Positions 52,501-61,438 of a DNA stretch of 64,000 nt are shown in pieces. Numbering within the stretch: position 1 is the first letter of the stretch; each line of letters begins with the position of its first letter. The position numbers and the translations under genes were made by a program. A model generated the notes under the pieces. The model saw nothing but the letters and a program-made list of their open reading frames with translations. It was not told where the DNA came from and ran no database searches. This stretch comes from Octopus sinensis (Eukaryota): NCBI RefSeq assembly GCF_006345805.1, contig NC_043020.1, positions 6,448,001-6,512,000 on the forward strand, in the 5' to 3' direction.

Positions 52501-55500
52501 CGAGGCACAAAGTATAAGAAGGAGGTGTAGTGTGCAGGGGAGACAACTGCAGTGGTACAGACGTTTAATGTGTATAAACGATAGTTTAGTCAAGGTGAGT
52601 AGCGGCCTACTTGGTTAGGTCTTTGCATTCACGTTCGCAAGATCGTGATTTCAGTAACTGGGCAGAGTAGTAGAAGACACTTGCCCAAGGTGCCATGCAG
52701 TGGGACTGAACCCTAAACCTTGCAAGCTTTTTACTGAAACATTAAAACGTCTGATGTCATTTAAGTCAGCATCAGACCCTTGATGCCAACCAAGCAATAC
52801 CAAAACATCTCGTACCCTAAAAATGCTGCTGGTTTCATTTTTTTCCCCCTTTTTTTTCCTTTTCTCTTTCTTTTCTTCCTTTCAACTCTGATTTCTTTAG
52901 ATATTTGTTGTTCTTTGTTTCTAATTAATTAATGCTATGCGAGTACATCTCCGTAATTAATTAATGGTATGATTTATAATTCTTCTCTTACTTTTTGTGT
53001 CTCATTTCTTTTTCTTTTTTTCTTTTTTTCTAGAAAGTTCTTTTCCATCAGTTTGAGGATTTACAAGATTTTGCCATTGCAAACGTGGCCAGCATCGACA
53101 CCCGACAAGCTCTGATGAAGCATTTCTCTGCAATAGAGTAAGAAACGTTTCATGTTTATCATCATCATCATCATCATTAATTCTTTTTATAATTCCACTG
53201 AGCTCAACTATCTTTTTCATCCTTTTGGGGGTGATAAAATAAATATCAGTTGACCACTTGGGGTCAATGTAATCAACTAACCCCTTCTCACCAAATTTCA
53301 GGTCTTGCATTTATAATACAGTTCTACATTTAAGAGATGAGGAATTCTGTACATTATTTACATTTTACGGATATTTGTTCTCATCTTGTTTGTTGTTAAC
53401 ACAACGTTTCGGCTGATATACCCTCCAGCCTTCATCAGGGGTCCTGGGGAAATTTTGAATCTGGGTTCTCATTCCTAAGGTATTTTTCGATGTTGTTGTT
53501 GTTATTATTATTAAGGCCACTGCCTGGAATCGAACTCGGAGTCTTGGTTTTAGTAGCCTACACTCTTAACCACTGAGTCTCTACATCTACACAGAAAAGT
53601 TAGATGGTTTGAAAGACGAGCTAGTTTTTGGTGGAGTTTGTCTATATGTCTCCATTGAAGTCTAATGTCAGCTCCGTACCCATTAGATAATACAGTTCTA
53701 TATTTAAGAGATGAAGAATTCTGTACATTATTTACATTTGACAGATATTTGTCCTCATCTTGTTTGTTGTTAACACAACATTTCGGCTGGTATACCCTCC
53801 AGCCTTCATCAGGTGTCTTGGGGAAATTTCGATCCTGGGTTCTCATTGTTAACCCTTTCATTACTGTATTTATTATGAGATGCTCTGTGTTTCTTTCAAT
53901 TATTTTAAATATAACAAAGAATTTAATAAAATAACTTAGTCATCATTAAGCTGGTGTTAGGAACATAAATTGTGGCTAAGGTTTGGTGGAAGATTTTAAT
54001 TCAGAACTTTTGAAAACAAGATATTGGTAACGAAAGGGTTAAGGTATTTTTCGTTGTCATCGCCACTGCCGTCATCGTTGTCCAGGTCATTGCCTGGAAT
54101 TGAACTCGGAATCTTGGGGTTAGAAGCTCGTGCTCTTAACCACTACGCCATATCCCCAGGGTGTTTTACAATGGCTTTTATTTATGAGTAGCAATGCCAA
54201 ATTTCAGGGAAAGGAGACAAAATACTGATAATTAAGATTCTATTAAAAGTCTGTTGTAATACATGAAAATACTTGTTGTTTTATTTCCCTCCTTCTCTCT
54301 CTCTCTCTTTTTCCTTCTTTTTACTAAAATCTAATTTTGGTTTTCAAGGAATGGTTATATTTCAGACACACTTTTCTCTCTTTCTGTTCTTCAGCTGTAA
54401 ATTGTCTTTACACAAGATCTGTGCCCATCTCAATTTATTGCCATTTCCTCAAACCGAAGAGACAGACATGCCATCAGAATTCTTACTGGAACTATTGGTA
54501 AGTAAAGGAATTTCTCAAATTAACAACTCCTCCACAATTTCCATTTGACTCTTTGCTCTTTTTTTTTGCTTTTTTTTTCTACCATTTCTTTTTTTTAAAA
54601 TTTATATTTGTCTTTTCTTTAATCCTTTCAATTTTTTTTTTACCTTTATTCTTCTCTTTCTCGCTTATGTTTTTTTCCTTTTCTTCTCTACACCATTGTT
54701 CCAGTCCTGTGTTTAAGTATCAACAGTTTGTATACTGTTACACACACACACACACACACACCTTGTTATGTTTTAGATAAAGTTGTGTTTTTCCCATGAT
54801 TCAATTTTCTCAACTGAAATAACCAGGTACCAGGTGTGAGTGGAATTCATTACCTTAACCCTTTCGTTACTGTATTTATTTTGAGATGCTCTGTGTTTCT
54901 TTCAATTAATTTTAAATATAACAAAGAATTTAGTAAAATAACTTAGTTCTCATTAAGCTAGTGTTAGAAACATAAATTGTGATTAAGGTTTGGTGGAAGA
55001 TTTTAATTCAAAACTTATGAAAACAAGATATTTGTACTCAGAGCCAGAACTAGTTTCAGCCAGGTTGGTATCAAAAGGGTTAAGAGAAGCTATTTAAGGA
55101 AGAAAGAATGATTTTATTGCTGTTGAGGTCATCTTCACCTTTCGTATCTTCAACATCAATACTAACGGGACCTGTGGAAATTCCACAGAGTGAAAAAGAT
55201 TAACCCTTTCATTACCATATTTCTGTTGAGATGCTCTGTGTTTATTTCAATTAATTTTAAATATAACAAAGAATTTAGTAAAATAACTCAGTTATCATTA
55301 AGCTGGTGTTAGGAACATAAATTGTGACTAAGGTTTGGTGGAATATTTTAATTCAAAACTTTTATAAACAAGACATTAATACTACAGAGCCAGAGCCAGT
55401 TTTGGCCGGGTTCATAACAAAAGGGTTAAGCTGGCCAAACATGGGTGGTAGACCTAACATATCACCTTATTTAGCACAAGCATCTGGTCTGCCCTTCATT

Positions 55501-58500
55501 CGGGTGGTTGTCCTAACAACACTGTCCAGTTTAATACCACCACCTGGTCCTTGGACAATGGTCTTAATACAACATCCAGTTCAACACCATCATCTGATCC
55601 TTGGCTGATAGACCTCATACACTGTCCAGTTTAAAACCACCTGGTCATTATTGACTTGACCTAACATATTGTCCAGTTTAAGACTATTATCTGGTCCTTT
55701 GGTGCCTCTCCTGGCATTCACTCTGTTGTGAGTATTCAGAACAGAAACCTTCCCCCTTGGTTTCCTCTCTTTGTAAGTTTTTACTGCAGACACTGACCCA
55801 CAAATATTTGGGTTGAGCACAAACCGGATCAGTCACTAGTTCTGAGAGTAGGACCTACACAGCCTTGGAAACAAGCATATACTCTTTTACTTGTTTCAGT
55901 CATTTGACTATGGCCATGCTGGAGCACCACCTTTAGTCGAGCAAATTGACCCCGGGACTTATTCTTTTGTAAGCCCAGTACTTATTCTATCGGTCTCTTT
56001 TGCCGAACCGCAAAGTGACGGGGACGTAAACACACCAGCATCGGTTGTCAAGCAATGCTAGGGGGACAAACACAGACACACACACACACATACATACATA
56101 TATATACATATATGCGACGGGCTTCTTTCAGTTTCCGTCTACCAAATCCACTCACAAGGCATTGGTCGGCCCGGAGCTATAGCAGAAGACACTTGCCCAA
56201 GATGCCACGCAGTGGGACTGAACCCGGAACCATGTGGTTGGTTAACAAGCTACTTACCACACAGCCATTCTATGTGTATTAATCCTTTCTGCTAAAGGCA
56301 GAAGGCCTGAGATTTCACCGTTCTTCATTTATTTCAATTCCAGATAACTAAGCATCAGAAGCGTCCATCACAACTTGAAACCATCAATGAGATGCCTCTT
56401 TATCCGACAGAAAATATCATTTGGGATGAAAATATAGTTCCAACAGAATATTTCTCTGGTGAAGGTGAGCAAGTTTTCTCAAATAAATAAAGGCTATTTC
56501 ATTCTCCCCCTCTTCTCTCTCTCTCCCTCTCATCATCATCATCATCATCATCATTTAACATCTGTTGTCCATGCTAGCATGGGTTGGACGGTTTGACCAA
56601 GGATAAGGCGGCGAGCTGGCAGAAACGTTAGCATGCAGGCGAAATGCTTAGCGGTATTTCGTCTGTTGTTACGTTCTGAGTTCAAATCCCGCCGAAGTCG
56701 ACTTTGCCTTTCATCCTTTCGGGGTTGATAAATTAAGTACCAGTTACGCACTGGGGTCGATGTAATCGGCTTAATCCGTTTGTCTGTCTTTGATTGTGTT
56801 AGCCCCTTATGGGTAGTAAAGAAACAGGTTTGACCAGGGCTGGTAAGCTGGAAGGCTGTGACAGACTCCAGCCTGATTTGACATGGTTTTCTATGGCTGG
56901 ATGCCCTTCCTAACGCCAACCACTCCGAGAGTGTAATGGATGCTTTTACGTGCCACTGGCACAGGTGCCATTTATGTGACACCAATATCTGCCACAACTG
57001 CAATTTTGCTCAGCTTGATGGATCTTCTTCTCAAGCATAACATAATCCCAAAGGTCTCAGTCATTGCCTCCTCTCTCTCTCTCTCTCTCTCTATATTATT
57101 GGAAGTCCACCTGAAGATTGTCGATCAAGACAAGAAACGATTGTAGTGGCGGTTTGTTGACTATTTATTAAAATTTTATGTATTGATTAAGTCTTTCCTT
57201 GTTTGTTTTGCAAAATAGTGGTTTTGTCTCTAATAATATTTTATATATATAATATATATATATAATATATAAAATATTATTAGAGACAAAACCACTATTT
57301 GCAAAACAAACAAGGAAAGACTTAATCAATACATAAAATTTTAATAAATAGTCAAAAAAAGATCGGGCGACACATTGTGTTCTTGAGCAAAACACTTCAT
57401 TTCACGTTGCTCCAGTTCACTCAGCTGGCAAAAATGAGTAGCACTGCGATGGACTGGCATCCTGTCCAGCTGGGGAATATATATGCCATAGAATTTGACA
57501 CTGAATTATTGGAAGTTCACCTGAAGATTGTCGATCAAGACAAGAAACGATTGTAGTGGCGGTTTTTTTGACTATTTATTAAAATTTTATGTATTGATTA
57601 AGTCTTTCCTTGTTTGTTTTGCAAAATAGTGGTTTTGTCTCTAATAATATTTTATATATATATATATATATATATTGTATACATATATATAGCATGGTAA
57701 GCGGACATCATTGTTTAACGTGCGCTTTCCATGCTAGCATGGGTTGGACGAATGATTGAGGTCTGGCGAACCAAATGGCTGCACCAGGCTTCAATCTTGA
57801 TCTGGCAGAGTTTCTGAAGGGCATCCAGCTGTAGAAACTCTGCCAGATCAAGACTGGAGCCTGGTGCAGCCATCTGGTTCGCCAGACCTCAATCATTCGT
57901 CCAACCCATGCTAACATGGAAGGCGGACATTAAACGAAGATGATGAGATATATATATATATATATATATATATGACGAAGAGCTCCGCTTGAAACATTAA
58001 ACCCTCCTTCTTTCCTGAGCGTCCAATAATACTATATTTGTTCCACGTCCTCGCGTTGTTGTGTTTTTTTGTGCTTTCATGTTTGGATTAACTTTACATA
58101 TATATATGGAATACCGACGCTGATGAAGGCAATAGGTAATGTTTTTTATTACTTAAAACCCGAAACACAATCATGTACGCGATTAACCAAAGTTTTAATT
58201 CGTTCTCCTTCTTCTGCTAGCCTATTATGTAGTGTGTTTTTTCTCAGAGAATTTATGGTGGTAATAGTGTCTTTTGACATCTATTTTTCAGTCGTGGTGA
58301 GGCACAAGCCAAGCCCTTGTTATAATTAAGTATATAATTATAAAATATATATATAGGCACAGGTGTGGCTGTGTGGTAAGTAGCTTGCTTACCAACCACA
58401 TGGTTCCGGGTTCATTCCTACTGCGTGGTACCTTGGGCAAGTATCTTCTACTATAGCCTTGGGCCGGCCAAAACCTTGTGAGGACCAGAGGGGGCTGGCA

Positions 58501-61396
58501 TCGACCATGATTGTGTATAATTTAAAACAGTTTGATTCAGTTTCTGTGCTACTTCAAGTTTTGCAGACCTCTGTTAGGATTCCTTCCTGCTTCTGGAATG
58601 ACCAAATGGAGAGATCCATTGGGTTACCTTGGGCAAGTATCTTTTGCTATAGCCTCGGGCCAACCTAAGCCTTGTGAATGGATTTGGCAGACGGAAACTG
58701 AAAAGAATCCTGTCATGTATATGTGTATGCAACGTGCTTTTTTTACAGTCCCTACCCAATACATTCCATTGACCATCCCAAGGCTATGGTAAGAGACCCT
58801 TACCCTAGATACGTCACACTGAGATCAACATGGCACCATGGAGCTATGTAACACCCTGGGACCATGATAAGTTCCTTAACAATGCAGTAATTCCTATCAC
58901 CTTCCCTATTTTCTCTCTCTTGTATTCACTGACTTCTCTTCCTCTCTTGCAGGATGCCTGGCATTACCAAAAATGAACCTTCAGTTTCTCACCCTACATG
59001 ATTATCTTCTCAAAAACTTCAATTTATTCCGCTTGGAATCTACCTGTAAGTTTTGTTTCCATTATTATTTTCATCATCATCATCATCATCACCACCACCA
59101 CCAACACCACCATCATCAAGCAAGCAAGCTGGCGAATCTTTAGCATTCCAGGCATTTCATCTGTCTTTACATTCTGAGTTCAAATTCTGCCGAGGTGGAC
59201 TTTGCCTTTTATCCTTTCAGGTTTGATAGATTAAGTACCAGTGAAATACTGGGGTTGATGTAATCAATCAGTCCCCTCCCACAAAATTTCAGGCCTTGTA
59301 CCTTCTGTAGAACGGATTATCATTATTATTATTATTATTGTTGTTGTTGTTGTTATCGTTGTCGTTGTCATTGTTGAAGGCGGTGAGCCGGCACAATTGT
59401 TAGCACGCTGGACGAAATGCTTAGCTGCATTTTTCCGGTCACTATGTTCTAAGTTCAAATTCCGCTGAGGTCGACTTTGCCTTTCGTCCTTTTTTTTGGT
59501 GTCGATAAAATAAGTTCCATTGAAACACTGGGATTGATGTAATTGACTTCCTCATCCCTCAAAGGTTGCTGGTCTTGAGCCAGAAGCAGGCGTGCTCCGC
59601 CGGATGGGTTAGGGTTAGGTTGCACACGTGACTGGGTGTAAATGATTTAAGGGGAAAACTGGGTATAAAGGGCATCAGATGTTGTATGCAAAGAGAGAAG
59701 GGTGCACTGGTTTGGTCATGTGATGCATATGGATGAGGACAGCTGCATAAAAAAAAGGGCCCTAATTGTGGAGGGTACCTGTGGAAAGGCTTAGGGTTAG
59801 GGAGACGTGGGATGAAGTGGTGAGGAAGGATCTTCAGACCCTGGGCCTCCCTGAAGAAATGACAAGGGACCAGGTGTGGCGATTTTCTGTACTTGATAAG
59901 ACCCATCAAGCTAAGTAAAATCACTGTGTTCCACATGTAGAGGTTTGTTCTTTCAGGTGCTAGTGTCACTTAAATTAGCACCTGTGTTAATTAAAGTGTT
60001 GTGTTAACACACCCATGCTAGTGTTGCATAAACACACCTGTGCTGTGTAAACGCACCTAGCCGGTGGCATGTAAAATGCAGCCAGTTCACTCTGCTAAGC
60101 GGCTGGCATTCGAAAGGGTATCCACCTGTAGAAACCATGCCACATAGGCGACGAGCTGACAGAAACATTAGCATGCCAGGGGAAATGCTTAGCGGCATTT
60201 CATCTGCCATTAACATTCTGAGTTCAAATTCCGTCGAGGTCGACTTTGCCTTTCATCCTTTTGGGGTCGATAAATTAAGTACCAGTTACACACTGGGGTC
60301 AATGTAATCGACTTAATACCTTTGTCTGTCCTTGTTTGTCCCCTCTATGTTTAGCCCCCTGTGGGCAATAAAGAAATAAGAAACGTTAGCATACCGGGCG
60401 AAATGCTTAGCGGCATTTCATCTGCCATTAACATTCTGAGTTCAAATTCCGTCGAGGTCGACTTTGCCTTTCATCCTTTTGGGGTCGATAAATTAAGTAC
60501 CAGTTACACACTGGGGTCAATGTAATCGACTTAATACCTTTGTCTGTCCTTGTTTGTCCCCTCTGTGTTTAGCCCCTTGTGGGCAATAAAGAAATAAGAA
60601 ACCATGCCACAACAGACACTTGGAGTCTGGACATTTCTCTGCTAGCCAGCTCCATGTCAAACTATCCATCTCATGCTAGCATGGACACCGGACATTAAAC
60701 GATGATGATGATTAAGGCAGCGAGCTGGCAGAACCATTAGTGCTTTGGACAAAAATACTCAGCAGCATTTTCTGTGGTTCTTTACATTCTGAGTTCATAT
60801 CCTGCCAAACTCAACTTTACCTTTAATTTTTCTGGAGGGGTCAATAAAATCTAATAATTGAGAGGTCAGTGGAGTGGAGGGGGCTGTAATCTACTTGTAG
60901 CCCTTCCCCTAGAATTGCTGACCATCTGCCAAGATTTGGAACCATCATTTGCATCTTTGTTCCTTTTTCTTTTCCAGATGAAATCAGACAAGACATAGAA
61001 GATGCGTTGACTCACATGAAACCATGGTAACAACATTGATTCTAATCATCAAATTCATTTTATTTTCACACAGAAAACACACTTCTATTTTGTGTAAACT
61101 TACATTCACGTTCTTTTATTCTTTTAGTCAATAAATTAGGTACCAGTAAAACACTGGGGTCGATATAATCGACTACTCCCCTCTCACCTCAAATTCCAGG
61201 CCTTGTGCCTATAGCAGAAAAGATTGTTATATTATATTATATGATTGGTATTCCACTGAGGTTAACTTTGCTTTCATCCTTTCAGGGCCAATAAAATTAG
61301 TACCAGTTGTGTACTGGGGTCAATGTAATCGATTTAACCTCTCCCCCGAAATTGCTGGCCTTGTGCCAAAATTTGAAACCATTACTACTACTACTA

Positions 61397-61438
<42 letters not shown>

